Source: Candidatus Methanomethylophilaceae archaeon (GTDB taxonomy: Archaea > Thermoplasmatota > Thermoplasmata > Methanomassiliicoccales > Methanomethylophilaceae). Taken from it: a DNA stretch of 51,067 nucleotides. Shown one piece after another: positions 18,625-28,972 of the stretch. Within the stretch, counting starts at the first letter, position 1. Each line of letters begins with the position of its first letter. Below the pieces are notes generated by a model. It ran no database searches. It was not told the DNA's origin and saw only the letters and a list, made by a program, of their open reading frames with translations. The DNA lies in assembly GCA_007117455.1 (NCBI GenBank), contig SKGM01000023.1, positions 1 to 51,067 on the forward strand. The letters are read 5' to 3'. Position numbers and translations under genes: made by a program.

Positions 18625-19901
18625 GGCATCTCCTGAGTCTTCTGAAGAAGGAGGTCCGTGAGCTCCTGACCCCTGCCACCGTGCTCCCCATCGTGATACT
18701 CGCAGTACTGTTCGCATCATTCGGCGGCTTCACGGGCGGTGTCGTCGAGGAGGCCCTTGGATCACCACCCACGGTGGCCATTGTCGATCTGGATGAGGGG
18801 AAATACTCGGCCCTGTACTTCGACGCCTTGATTTCCAGGAACGCCACCATAGTCTATAACGGCAGCAACGTCGATGATGCGATATCAGCTATGAAGGAAT
18901 CGGGGGCGATGGCCACACTGGTGATAGGCCAGGACTATTCATCCCTGATAGAGTCCGGTGAGCGGGCCAACATCACCGTGTACTGGAACCTCAAAGGCAC
19001 CGGCCTCTTCAGCTCGATGTCCACAGCTCCGGTCGATATGGTGATCAGCGAGGTCAGGACCAAGACCTCCAAGCTTCTCATCGAGGATGGGATGGCTGGA
19101 GACCCGGACATCATAATGTCGCCCATCGGCTATCAGTCCACAACATTCCTCGGTGACAACAGATTGGACGGTGTGAGTCCGGCAGAGGTTTCTGCATTCA
19201 TGCAGACGCAGTCTTTCATGATGCCCCTGCTGATAATGATCGTGATCGTCATGCTGGGCGGGATAATCATCTCATCCATGGGCCAGGAGAAGGAGAACAA
19301 GACCTTGGAGACCCTGTTGACCCTCCCTGTCAATCGAACGACGATCGTAAGCGGGAAGCTTCTGGGATCCGCATTCGTAGGTCTGCTTTTCGCGGGGATC
19401 TACATGATAGGCCTGAACTTCTACATGGAGGGCCTGATGGACACCGCCGCTTCAATGGAACTGTCCCAGTTGGAGCTTGGCACCACGGACACCGCCATCG
19501 TGGGCATAATGGTCGCACTGGCGATACTCTGCGCCCTCGGGCTCTGTATGATACTGGGTGCTTTCGCAAAGAACTACAAGGCCGCTCAGAGCCTGACCAT
19601 ACCCATAAGCTTCCTGGCGGTCATTCCGTTCTTCGTCGTTCTTTTCGCAGACTTCAGCAGCCTGCCCTTGCCGGCCCAGGCCATATTGTTCGTGATCCCG
19701 TTCACCCATCCCATGATCGCCATGAACAACATGATCATGGGAGACTACATGTTGGTCTATTACGGCATCGCCTACCTGGTGGCATTCACCCTGGCAACGG
19801 TCATCATAACCGTCAGGTTGTACAAGTCCGACATACTGCTCACCGGATTGGGAACGACCATCGCCAGCGGCCCGTTGGGCAAGCTCTTCGGCAAGAAGTG
19901 A
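18621..19901 (+). CDS. ABC-2 permease (NatB-like)
   Basis: KE..EL N-terminus, large extracytoplasmic loop, EKENKTLETLLTLPV, multiple TM helices, IPF.HP. Confidence 0.88.
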   Translation: MRHLLSLLKKEVRELLTPATVLPIVILAVLFASFGGFTGGVVEEALGSPPTVAIVDLDEGKYSALYFDALISRNATIVYNGSNVDDAISAMKESGAMATLVIGQDYSSLIESGERANITVYWNLKGTGLFSSMSTAPVDMVISEVRTKTSKLLIEDGMAGDPDIIMSPIGYQSTTFLGDNRLDGVSPAEVSAFMQTQSFMMPLLIMIVIVMLGGIIISSMGQEKENKTLETLLTLPVNRTTIVSGKLLGSAFVGLLFAGIYMIGLNFYMEGLMDTAASMELSQLELGTTDTAIVGIMVALAILCALGLCMILGAFAKNYKAAQSLTIPISFLAVIPFFVVLFADFSSLPLPAQAILFVIPFTHPMIAMNNMIMGDYMLVYYGIAYLVAFTLATVIITVRLYKSDILLTGLGTTIASGPLGKLFGKK

Positions 19902-19964
19902 TGACCAAACCATTTCCCCATTGACTTGCAAAACAACAAAATACCCAATGGACATCAGAATAGC

Positions 19965-20921
19965 ATGCGTGAGCTCATAGATATCCTCCAGGTCGGCCGC
20001 AAAGCCATACTGGTGCACAGCAATGCCGACCCTGACGCATTGGGATCCGCCTATGCCTTGGCCACCACCTTCCCGGAAGCGGACATATATGCGCCAGGAG
20101 GCCTAGACAGATCGGGGAAGGCATTGCAGGCCTTCTTGGGGATCGAGGTCCTGGAGAATTACGAACCTGATGCCTACGAGCTCACCGTGGTCGTTGACAC
20201 CTCTTCCCCGGAACAACTTCATCCCGCCAAAGTGCCCCCAGGTTCAGTGGTCATCGACCACCACCGTCCCAACGGCAAATGGGAGGGTATGATGTACCAT
20301 TGCGATGACACCCGCTCCTCATGTGCTGAGATCGTCCTCGACATCATCGAGGCCGCCGGCCGCCGTATCGACAGGGAAGTTGCCATGGCATTGATGGTCG
20401 GCATGTTAACCGACAGCGGGCATTTCCAGTATGGGAACGCCGCCCTCATGCATCGTTTCGCCTCCCTCATGGAGGCCCATGGTATCGCGGCTGACGAGGT
20501 CATGGGAGTGACCAGGGCACAGACTGGCATGTCCGAGAAGGCTGCAATCCTCAAAGGGGTCTCCCGGTCACGGTTCGATAGGTTGGGCAGATACATAGTA
20601 GCCGTATCCTACGGAAGCTCCTACGAATCATCCATATGCCGGGCATTGTTGAATTGCGGCGCCGATGTCGCTTATGTCGGCTCCCAGCGTGACGAACGAT
20701 TCCGTATCAGCGCCCGATGCAGCCAGGACATCGTCAGAGAAGGGCTTCACCTCGGTCAGATACTTGACGAGTTGGGAGGGGAGACCAGCACCGAGGGCGG
20801 AGGTCACGGGGGGGCGGCCGGTATGACCGGAACGGGGGATGTGGAGGCCATGCTCCATATGTGCATGAAGAAGACCATGTCCCGTTTCCGGGAGTTCCGG
20901 GACCGTTCAGCGCCCCAATGA
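19965..20921 (+). CDS. DHH family phosphoesterase
   Basis: H.NADPDA, VVDT, IDHH, TDSG, GGGH..AAG. Confidence 0.9.
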   Translation: MRELIDILQVGRKAILVHSNADPDALGSAYALATTFPEADIYAPGGLDRSGKALQAFLGIEVLENYEPDAYELTVVVDTSSPEQLHPAKVPPGSVVIDHHRPNGKWEGMMYHCDDTRSSCAEIVLDIIEAAGRRIDREVAMALMVGMLTDSGHFQYGNAALMHRFASLMEAHGIAADEVMGVTRAQTGMSEKAAILKGVSRSRFDRLGRYIVAVSYGSSYESSICRALLNCGADVAYVGSQRDERFRISARCSQDIVREGLHLGQILDELGGETSTEGGGHGGAAGMTGTGDVEAMLHMCMKKTMSRFREFRDRSAPQ

Positions 20922-21968
20922 TTTCAGGACCTTCCGGATGCCCTCATAGTTATCCGGCCGGGAGTGGAAATATTCGGACACTGGCTCCAATATCTCCCAA
21001 AGGGCAGATGCGGCCCCCTTCTTGAGGTCCATGGGATGGAGCGATCCTGAGAAGTAATCATCGCGTAGCGATTGGTAGTCCCCATATGACACAGGACCGC
21101 CGAACTTCTCCGGCCTGTCAACGTCTATCCTGCCCAAACGGGGGAACAGGACCAATCGGCAAAGCATGAGCACCGGGTTCCGATCCTCCTCCTCAGCCTC
21201 AGGCGGACAGTAGGCCTTCTTGAGCTTCCTCTGCACATCTTCCAGACTGTCGTGTATCATGATGCCGCTGTCCGGGTCGCTCTTGGACATCTTGGCGGCG
21301 GCGGGGTCCATCCTCTCGCCCCCCTTGAGCCCTGGAAGAAGGGGGGTATGCATCGCGATGGGTTTCTTCCAATCCAGTTTCTCCGCCGCATCCCGGGCCA
21401 GCATATGGGCGCGCCTCTGGTCCATCCCCGAGTAAGCGAGGTCTATGTCCATAGCGAACATGTCAGTCGCCTGGAGTATGGGATAGAAAAGCTTGGATGA
21501 GTCCAGCTCAGCATCGTCCTCCCCCCGCCCCATGATGGTCATGGCCCTCTTGACGCGGGACAGGGAGGTGGCCTTGGCCACCTTTATGACCCTCTCCCAG
21601 TAATCCATGTCATCCAGTATATCACTGGCATAGCGGTAATCCACCTTCTCCCGAGGCACGCCGAGGGACTCGAAGCAGTCCTCCATGTAGCGGGCGCAGA
21701 CCCGGATGTTGTCTATGTCGCCACCGAGTTTATCGTTGATGTATGCGTGCCAATCGGCCCAGAATACAGTTACATCGAAACCGGCGTCCACCAGGTCCCG
21801 TATCTTGGAGGCGCAGATCAGCCAGCCGATGTGGACAAGTCCCGAGGGTTCGAAACCGATATAGGCCCGGGGCTTCCTGCCGCTAGCCAACAGTTCCTTC
21901 AACTCCTCCTCGGTGACCAGTTCCTCCACATTCCTGGTCAATAGATGCAGCCTCTGCTCCAGGTCCAT
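20907..21968 (-). CDS. tyrS: Tyrosyl-tRNA synthetase
   Basis: YIGFEPSG.VHIG, ADWHA, YP.LQ..D, GMDQR, KMSKS. Confidence 0.95.
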   Translation of the reverse strand: MDLEQRLHLLTRNVEELVTEEELKELLASGRKPRAYIGFEPSGLVHIGWLICASKIRDLVDAGFDVTVFWADWHAYINDKLGGDIDNIRVCARYMEDCFESLGVPREKVDYRYASDILDDMDYWERVIKVAKATSLSRVKRAMTIMGRGEDDAELDSSKLFYPILQATDMFAMDIDLAYSGMDQRRAHMLARDAAEKLDWKKPIAMHTPLLPGLKGGERMDPAAAKMSKSDPDSGIMIHDSLEDVQRKLKKAYCPPEAEEEDRNPVLMLCRLVLFPRLGRIDVDRPEKFGGPVSYGDYQSLRDDYFSGSLHPMDLKKGAASALWEILEPVSEYFHSRPDNYEGIRKVLKSLGR

Positions 21969-22018
21969 TTGAATCACCCTCTCAATCCCTAGACCCTTAT
22001 AAAATGATATTGAATAGG

Positions 22019-22708
22019 TCACATCCAATGCCAGTTCGTGTCCTCTTGTATAGTTCGGGCGGGGTTGCCTGCCACCACGCTGCCATCGGGGACATCACGT
22101 GTGACAACGCTGCTTGCCCCGATAACCGCGTCATCGCCTATACTCACTCCTTTGAGGATCGTCGCATTCGAACCTATCCATACATGGTCGCCTATCCTCA
22201 CCGGAGAACTCTCATTGCACCTTTCGCCTTCCTTCACCAGAACGTGGAAGTCGGTATCCATTATTCTCACTCCCCAGGATATGGCACAGTCATCCCCTAT
22301 ACTGATGCTTGACCGGCTGTAGACCGTACAATTCTCATTCAACAGGCAACGACTCCCGATGGATACCGAGGCATCCGGACCGAGGTTGAATCTGGACCCC
22401 GGACCCACTACCGTGCCGTTTCCAATCCGCAATCGGGAACCGTCCATCATGGTTATGACCGTCCTGTCCCCCGACAACCTTGCGGAGTACGCCTCCACCA
22501 TCTCAGGCAGAGCTATGAAAGACGCCTGGCCATCGATCTCGAAGGTGGCCCTGCCGCCTTTGTGGATCCTAAGCGGGTAGTTGCACACCAAGGGGAACCT
22601 CCAGAAGTCCCGCGGGAACCAGCGCAAACTGTATATCAGACTCCTTGGACCCGGTGTAGCCCTGAATGCCGGCATGGCGTGTTCTTCCATGGACATGCCA
22701 CCGAGCAT
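22019..22708 (-). CDS. Hexapeptide-repeat acyltransferase
   Basis: DTDFH, IGDHVWIG, VIGASSVVTRDVP...GNPA. Start uncertain. Confidence 0.85.
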   Translation of the reverse strand: MLGGMSMEEHAMPAFRATPGPRSLIYSLRWFPRDFWRFPLVCNYPLRIHKGGRATFEIDGQASFIALPEMVEAYSARLSGDRTVITMMDGSRLRIGNGTVVGPGSRFNLGPDASVSIGSRCLLNENCTVYSRSSISIGDDCAISWGVRIMDTDFHVLVKEGERCNESSPVRIGDHVWIGSNATILKGVSIGDDAVIGASSVVTRDVPDGSVVAGNPARTIQEDTNWHWM

Positions 22709-22745
22709 CTTACGACCCTACTAAAAATCTATCCACTGCATGGCA

Positions 22746-22982
22746 TCAACCCTCGTCCTTGTAGAGTACCTCGCCTTCATAGGTTATCAGGCGGATTCGG
22801 TGATACGGTATCATGGACCCCCTCACTCTGAAGAATGACCTGCCCAGTTCGATTATCTCATCCCCTCTAACAGACCTGCTGTCATTCTCAGCACCCCGAT
22901 GGAGATAGGTCACCGTGCAGCGTGAGATGTCCATCGTATCACGCCATTTCACAGCATTCAGAACCTCACGTGGGAATACCAT
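22746..22982 (-). CDS. DUF504/MJ1316 family small protein
   Basis: REVLN..KW, Y.HRGA, IPYHRI. Confidence 0.82.
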   Translation of the reverse strand: MVFPREVLNAVKWRDTMDISRCTVTYLHRGAENDSRSVRGDEIIELGRSFFRVRGSMIPYHRIRLITYEGEVLYKDEG

Positions 22983-23034
22983 TGTTTCAGTCTTCCTGAT
23001 GAATTATTTATCCTAACACCATGTTCATAAGCAT

Positions 23035-24666
23035 ATGGTAGGCCTTACATTGGAGGGTAATCTTGTCGACTTGGTTGGTGACAGGGTCTATCCTGCAAGG
23101 ATAACCATAGAGGACGGTCGCGTATCTGACATAATTGAAGTCGATGGAGATTTCGACCGTTACATACTGCCGGGACTGATCGACTCCCATGTACACATCG
23201 AGTCCTCTCTCATGGTCCCCTCACGCTTCGCCGAGGCGGCCGTTCCGCGTGGAGTGACCGCGGTGGTCACTGACCCCCATGAGATAGCGAACGTTCTGGG
23301 CATGGAGGGCGTGGAGTTCATGATGGCCGATGGGGAGCGGGTTCCAATGCGTTTCCATTTCACCGCACCCTCCTGCGTCCCTGCAACCCCCTGGGAGAGT
23401 TCCGGCGCGGTCATGGGTCCCGGTGATGTCGAAAACCTCTTGGAGCGCGATGAAGTGGTCGCCCTGGCCGAGATGATGAACTTCCCGGGGGTCCTGAACG
23501 AGGACCCGGATGTGATGGCGAAGATAGATGCCGCCCTATCCCGTGGGAAACCGGTGGACGGACATGCCCCCGGACTGAGCGGAGATGCGTTGGAGCGTTA
23601 CATATCCGCAGGCATAAGGACCGACCATGAATGCACCTCTTTGGCGGAGGCGGAGGAGAAGGCCTCCATGGGGATGTTGGTTCAGATCAGGGAGGGGAGC
23701 GCCAGTAGGAACATGGAGGACCTGATAGGGATGGCGGATGACTATGAGTTCCTACTGGCCACGGATGACATGCACGCCGGGGACATATTGCAGGGGTATA
23801 TGGACCGTCTGCTGAGCCGCATGGTTTCTTTGGGACTCGATCCGCTGCGGGCCATAAAAGCCGCCAGCCTTTGGCCTTCCCGGCACTACAGACTGCCAGG
23901 AGGCTACATTGACCTGGACATGCCCGCGGACCTGGTTGTGGTCTCAGACCTGAGGACCTTCCGCATCGAGGAGGTGTACATCGGAGGGGAGCTCGTCGCA
24001 AAGGATGGTCAGGCTCTTTTCAAGGCGGAACCAGGAAGCGCCCCTACGAGGATCGTGAGACGGGAATGGTCGGCTGATGATTTCCTCATCCCCGCCCAGG
24101 AGGGAAGGTCACGCGTCCGTGTTATAAGGGCATACCCCGACCAGATAATCAGTGGCTCAGAGGTGATGGACATCGATGTCCGTGATGGTCGTCTGTCGAC
24201 CGGCGTCGACCAGGACATATCCTTGATCGCCGTCGTCAACCGTTACGAGGAGGCTCCGCCGGCGCTAGGCCTGATAACAGGTTTCGGACTGCGGCGGGGA
24301 GGCATGGCCTCAACCGTCGCACACGACTCGCATAACATAATCGCCATCGCCAACCAGCCTGAGACGTTGGCCAGATTGGTCAATGGTGTGTCGGAACAGG
24401 GAGGATACTTCGCCACGGATGGCGAGATGGATGTTTCCCTCCCCCTTCCCGTGGCAGGTCTTATGAGCACCTTATCCGCCGAAGATGTAGCCAGGAAGGA
24501 GAAGGAGGTCACTGGATTCGTAAGAGGATTGGGTTGCGAGATGCATGCTCCCTTCATGACCATGGGATTCCAGAGCCTATTGGTACTCCCCAGCCTCAAG
24601 ATTGGTGACAGGGGTCTATTCGATTCCGAGAACTTCGAGTTCGTGGGGTTGGTCGTCGGTCAATGA
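23035..24666 (+). CDS. ade: Adenine deaminase
   Basis: PGLIDSHVHIESS, DPHEIANV, EMMNFPGV, DGHAPG, TDHE, STVAHDSHN. Confidence 0.95.
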   Translation: MVGLTLEGNLVDLVGDRVYPARITIEDGRVSDIIEVDGDFDRYILPGLIDSHVHIESSLMVPSRFAEAAVPRGVTAVVTDPHEIANVLGMEGVEFMMADGERVPMRFHFTAPSCVPATPWESSGAVMGPGDVENLLERDEVVALAEMMNFPGVLNEDPDVMAKIDAALSRGKPVDGHAPGLSGDALERYISAGIRTDHECTSLAEAEEKASMGMLVQIREGSASRNMEDLIGMADDYEFLLATDDMHAGDILQGYMDRLLSRMVSLGLDPLRAIKAASLWPSRHYRLPGGYIDLDMPADLVVVSDLRTFRIEEVYIGGELVAKDGQALFKAEPGSAPTRIVRREWSADDFLIPAQEGRSRVRVIRAYPDQIISGSEVMDIDVRDGRLSTGVDQDISLIAVVNRYEEAPPALGLITGFGLRRGGMASTVAHDSHNIIAIANQPETLARLVNGVSEQGGYFATDGEMDVSLPLPVAGLMSTLSAEDVARKEKEVTGFVRGLGCEMHAPFMTMGFQSLLVLPSLKIGDRGLFDSENFEFVGLVVGQ

Positions 24667-24700
24667 AATCTTTTAATCCCCGCATCCCCTTGACTTGCAT

Positions 24701-25261
24701 ATGCTGGATAGGCTGAAGCGGAGCGTCGAGGAATGTCCTGTGGTCCGTATCGGGGATTACCATTATTTCGTACACCCCATAACCGATGGCATCCCACACA
24801 TGGATCCCGCGCTCTTGCAGGAGGTGGTCGATGCGATGCTGGCTATCGGAGACTTCCAATGCGACCGTATCCTGGCCCCTGAGGCCATGGGCATCCATCT
24901 AGCCGTCCCCATATCGATGAGGACCGGCGTGCCTTACAGCGTTGTCCGGAAAAGAGGATACGGCCTCGAGGGGGAGACCAACATCGCCCAATCCACTGGC
25001 TATTCTCGTTCTGACATGTACATAAACGGCCTTAAAAAGGGGGACCGGGTCACCATCGTCGACGACGTCCTGAGCACAGGAGGCACCCTGAAGGCTTTGG
25101 TCTCTGCGCTCAAGGAACGCATGGGCGTGGAGGTGGTGGACATCATCATGGTCTTCGAGAAGACCGAAAGGAAGAAGGAGATGGAGGAGGAGATGGGGAT
25201 TCCAGTGAAGACCCTCCTCAAGGTCGATGTCGTTGACGGACGTACCGTGTACTACGAATGA
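24701..25261 (+). CDS. hpt: Hypoxanthine/guanine phosphoribosyltransferase (archaeal)
   Basis: YFVHPITDG.P, EAMG, RKR.YGL.GE, VDDVLSTGGT; TATA-like TTTTAATC at 24671 suggests a leaderless start. Confidence 0.88.
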   Translation: MLDRLKRSVEECPVVRIGDYHYFVHPITDGIPHMDPALLQEVVDAMLAIGDFQCDRILAPEAMGIHLAVPISMRTGVPYSVVRKRGYGLEGETNIAQSTGYSRSDMYINGLKKGDRVTIVDDVLSTGGTLKALVSALKERMGVEVVDIIMVFEKTERKKEMEEEMGIPVKTLLKVDVVDGRTVYYE

Positions 25262-25312
25262 AAGCCTAGATGCAGGACTCCCTTTTTTCCCATCCACCGA
25301 TGCTCCAGGGAT

Positions 25313-26602
25313 GTGGATGCGGAGACGCTCCTGTTCCTGGCCTACATGGTATTGATCGGTTCTGCCATAGGCAGCTTCAGTGGCCTCATACCGGGCATAC
25401 ATGTCAACACATTGGCGGTGTTGATGCTGGCCTCTTATCCTCTCCTGGCGGTGCTGTTATCAGGGCTCATCTGCCCCTCCCTGCTACCGTTGATGGTGGC
25501 CGCGGCGGTGGTGTCGGCGGCGGTGGTCCATTCATTCATGGACTTCGTACCGTCTGTCTTCCTGGGCTCACCGGGGGAGGAGGACGTTCTGAGCGTGCTG
25601 CCGGGGCACAGGATGCTCATGGATGGGAGAGGTGCGGAGGCGGTGGCCTGCTCCGCCCAGGGGAGTATGGTAGGGGCAATGGCCGCTGTGGCCCTCGCCC
25701 TCCCCGTGCACTTGGTGATGGAATCAGGCGGATGGTCGGTGCTCCAGACCCATGTCCCCTTCATCCTACCGGTCTGCCTCTTCCTGATGGTGATGTCCGA
25801 AAGAGGAAGGGGTGCCAGGAGGAAGAGGGCCTGGGCCTGCCTGCTCTGCCTGGGATCATCCTTGCTGGGATTGGTGACCATGTTCGGAAGCCTCCCGGCA
25901 ACCGCAGGCATGGAGGGCATGATGCTCCCTCTGCTGGCAGGCCTCTTCGGAATGCCGGCACTCCTCATCTCCCTGGGAGGAGGGGGTGTGCCGGTGCAGA
26001 CCGGGGCGGCGAGGGCTTCCATCGACAGCGGTCCGGCGCTACGGGGATTGTTGGCCGGCCTGGCGGTGGGATGGCTCCCGGGCATAACCGCAACCGCCGG
26101 GACGGTGGTGGCCTCGATCAGCTCTCCGGAGAGGACGCCTGAGAGGTTCATAGCCATGGTGTCATCGGTGGGGACCGCGGCAACCGTCTTCGCCCTGGTG
26201 ACCCTTTCTGTGTCCGGGAGGGGGAGGACCGGGACGATGCTGGTGGTCATTGATGTGATGGGCGGGGACCTGGGAGTCCAGGGTTTCGCGGTTCTTCTGA
26301 TGGCCGTCTGCGCATCGGCGGCCATAGCCTACATCCTGACGGTGAGAGCGGGGGCCCTGTTCGCCCGGATACTCCAGGGAAGGGACCTTTCGCGCATCAA
26401 CGTGGCGATAGCCGCGTTCCTATGCCTGCTCACCTTGGTAATGTGCGGGCCGGGCGGACTCCTGATGTTGACGGCGGCGACGTTCCTCGGCCTGCTGCCT
26501 TCAGCGGTGGGCGTCGGGAGGGTGCATCTGACCTCATCCCTCCTGGTGCCAGTCATAATATCGTACTCTGGATACCAGTGGATGCTTTCCGGCATCCTAT
26601 GA
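25313..26602 (+). CDS. TctA-like (tripartite tricarboxylate transporter family) membrane protein
   Basis: GLIPGIHVN, F.DF.PS.FLG.P, LPGH, PL..GLFG; highly hydrophobic. Confidence 0.82.
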   Translation: MDAETLLFLAYMVLIGSAIGSFSGLIPGIHVNTLAVLMLASYPLLAVLLSGLICPSLLPLMVAAAVVSAAVVHSFMDFVPSVFLGSPGEEDVLSVLPGHRMLMDGRGAEAVACSAQGSMVGAMAAVALALPVHLVMESGGWSVLQTHVPFILPVCLFLMVMSERGRGARRKRAWACLLCLGSSLLGLVTMFGSLPATAGMEGMMLPLLAGLFGMPALLISLGGGGVPVQTGAARASIDSGPALRGLLAGLAVGWLPGITATAGTVVASISSPERTPERFIAMVSSVGTAATVFALVTLSVSGRGRTGTMLVVIDVMGGDLGVQGFAVLLMAVCASAAIAYILTVRAGALFARILQGRDLSRINVAIAAFLCLLTLVMCGPGGLLMLTAATFLGLLPSAVGVGRVHLTSSLLVPVIISYSGYQWMLSGIL

Positions 26603-28736
26603 AATCCCCGATTCGGACCCTGTCCCAACCGAAGGGGATCAGTATCTCCTCCGCCGACCTGACCAGCATGTCCGTGTACCTCCCGCGGTCATAGACCCCG
26701 TCCCAGAACTCCGGGATGGCCACCTTTCCTGCGGCGTTCTTTGAAGATGAGTCGCGCAGGATGTAGGCGAGGGATTGGCCGGGTTGGGGTTCCTGGCCGT
26801 ATGCTGCCATAAGTTCCGCTGCCGCCCGGCCGTCGTTGAACTGCCGGTACTCCCCGATGCTCCGAGAGGCCCTTCTCACAAGGGTCAGATGTTCGGCCGA
26901 CACCTCTCCATCCCTGATACGGTCCGTCCAGTGGCGGAGGTTCTCCAGGACGACAGGGACCATCGAATCCAGGTCCTCACGGCTGACCGCCTGCGACATG
27001 GACTGCAGAGACCTTGTCTGGAAATCCCTGACACACCCCACGCAGTCCCTCTTCCTCGCTGCTATGCCCCTTATCTTAAGTTCCCCGTCCTCGAAAAGCC
27101 CGAAATAACGGTTAAGGGCGCCAGCGCCGTTATGGAGGTTGGGGAGGAATGCTATCCAGAGGTAACGCCCCTCCTCCTCAAGAGGTATCCCGTGCATCCG
27201 ATGAACCTCCTGGGCGAGGGCATCCGCATCACCGCCCCCCTGCATCCATAGGGAGTCCACTATACCATGTATGACCCGGAAACCCATGGACTCGGCCATC
27301 TCAGCGGTGCTGAGCATTATCTCCCGGCCATAGGCGGTTATCGCCTCGTGGCATTCTATGCGACCGAAACGGGCGTTCCGGTAACCGGTGTAGCCGAAGC
27401 ATGTGACCAGTATCCACTTCAGAAGTTTTGACCTCTGGCCATGTATCTCGGCTCGGGCAGGGTCCCTGCGGGCCATGGCTTTGAAGGCCCGGCGGCGCTG
27501 CACCACTGGACCCAACACCGCGGGCAGAAGCCCTTCCTTCAGACCGCATATCCGATAACCTAATCCAGGTACGGTACTGGCGGACTGGGGGCAGCAACCG
27601 CATTCCAAGGTCTCCGGGGATATGTTGTAGCGGGCTATGATGGATGGATACATGGACGAGAAATCCATCTCCAGCACGTCCTCGTGTATTCCCGGCCTCG
27701 GTTGGTGGATGAAGCCGCCACGGTCGCAGGCCATGAGACGGGACACGCTCTTGAAGTCCTCAGGCAGGTTCTTCTTCCAACGGAGTAGATGTCCGGTCCG
27801 TAGGGCCCGGTCCGACTGCATGGCACTTATGGCTGTTCCCGGGGATAGCCTTGCAAGGTCCTGCAACGGGAGCCCGCTCAGACGGGATAGTTCCACCAGC
27901 CCGGCGATGCCTCCCTCCGAGTACATGAAGGATGCGGTGTCCAGATGAATCCGGCCCTTGAGTTTCAAAGAGGGCGGTTTGTACACCGTCCTACCATAGC
28001 TGTGATAGCTCTTGCCCGTTCCGGAACGGACCCCTTCCTCCCTGCCGAGGTTTAGGTCCACGCCCAAGGCCCGGGAGCGTTCCAGGACATGGGCGGTGCG
28101 ACCCTTGTCCCCTCTTTTGACCATTATGATGTCAGGATCGCGCTCCTCCACCACCTCGCCCAGGGATCTGAGCATCCCCTCCTCATCCCCCTCGAGGGGG
28201 ATCCCGTCCACATCGATTCCAACCAGCTCGTCATCTGGACGGGGATCGAACGGACGCGATATACGGGGGTTCAACTCCATTGTGCGCAAAGGCGGGAGGG
28301 GATAGTTCAGACGCAGCGGGGAGTCCAGACTCCTTAGTCCATCATCGATCTCCACCAGGCCGAAGGGGAAGAGTCGCGATGCTGTGAGAAATCGCTGGGA
28401 GGGAGTGAGGTCCACATTGTAGAGCGAGTAGTCCCGGTAGGATCCCCAACGGTCCACCGTCCTTGCGAGGCGGTTCATCTGCTGGAACCCGTCCACACTA
28501 ACCTTGAGCACGTCCTCTTCCGGACCCCCTAGCACAGTCCTTGCCCTGTCCATTCTCGGGAATGCGCCGTATGCCCGGACATCCCCCTCCAAAGAATCCA
28601 AATCCTTTCCTGAGACATAGAAGGAGGGCCTCAGCGGCCTCTGAAGACGGACTGTCCCGTCAGCTGTGCGGACCCATGTGACAACCCCTTGATCGTCGTC
28701 TGATGCATGGCAGTCGATTATCCACCCTCTCATCAC
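26553..28736 (-). CDS. polB2: Family B DNA polymerase, PolB2 group
   Basis: Motif A DFSSMYPSII, motif B KWILVTCFGYTG, motif C HGIVDS (instead of YGDTDS), NRYFG, KIRGI. Confidence 0.88.
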   Translation of the reverse strand: MMRGWIIDCHASDDDQGVVTWVRTADGTVRLQRPLRPSFYVSGKDLDSLEGDVRAYGAFPRMDRARTVLGGPEEDVLKVSVDGFQQMNRLARTVDRWGSYRDYSLYNVDLTPSQRFLTASRLFPFGLVEIDDGLRSLDSPLRLNYPLPPLRTMELNPRISRPFDPRPDDELVGIDVDGIPLEGDEEGMLRSLGEVVEERDPDIIMVKRGDKGRTAHVLERSRALGVDLNLGREEGVRSGTGKSYHSYGRTVYKPPSLKLKGRIHLDTASFMYSEGGIAGLVELSRLSGLPLQDLARLSPGTAISAMQSDRALRTGHLLRWKKNLPEDFKSVSRLMACDRGGFIHQPRPGIHEDVLEMDFSSMYPSIIARYNISPETLECGCCPQSASTVPGLGYRICGLKEGLLPAVLGPVVQRRRAFKAMARRDPARAEIHGQRSKLLKWILVTCFGYTGYRNARFGRIECHEAITAYGREIMLSTAEMAESMGFRVIHGIVDSLWMQGGGDADALAQEVHRMHGIPLEEEGRYLWIAFLPNLHNGAGALNRYFGLFEDGELKIRGIAARKRDCVGCVRDFQTRSLQSMSQAVSREDLDSMVPVVLENLRHWTDRIRDGEVSAEHLTLVRRASRSIGEYRQFNDGRAAAELMAAYGQEPQPGQSLAYILRDSSSKNAAGKVAIPEFWDGVYDRGRYTDMLVRSAEEILIPFGWDRVRIGDFIGCRKASTGIQSTIL

Positions 28737-28972
28737 TCACCCCGCCTGAGCCTGCGGATCTCCTTCTCATGCTCCAAGAGCATGGAGAGAATCATCCCCT
28801 CCACAGGATCGGGGGAGTCGCAGTTGCTTCCAGCTGCGGCATGGTCGCGCACATGTTCCATGAGCAGGTCGAATGCTTCTCGGTCCTCGGGACGCAACGC
28901 CCTGCGGAAACCTTTCCACTCATCGATTATCCTCTCTGACGCCCGGCGGTATGTGGGGGCGGTCCTCCCCAT
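28733..28972 (-). CDS. Small helical PolB2-associated protein (arCOG07300-like)
   Basis: MGRT.PTYR...W..FRRALR..DR..FD.L; stop/start overlap with polB2. Confidence 0.78.
   Translation of the reverse strand: MGRTAPTYRRASERIIDEWKGFRRALRPEDREAFDLLMEHVRDHAAAGSNCDSPDPVEGMILSMLLEHEKEIRRLRRGE

Noticed and set aside
25270..26142. 290-aa Gly/Arg-rich alternative-frame ORF
   Set aside because: Off-frame product of the GC-rich TctA-like gene.
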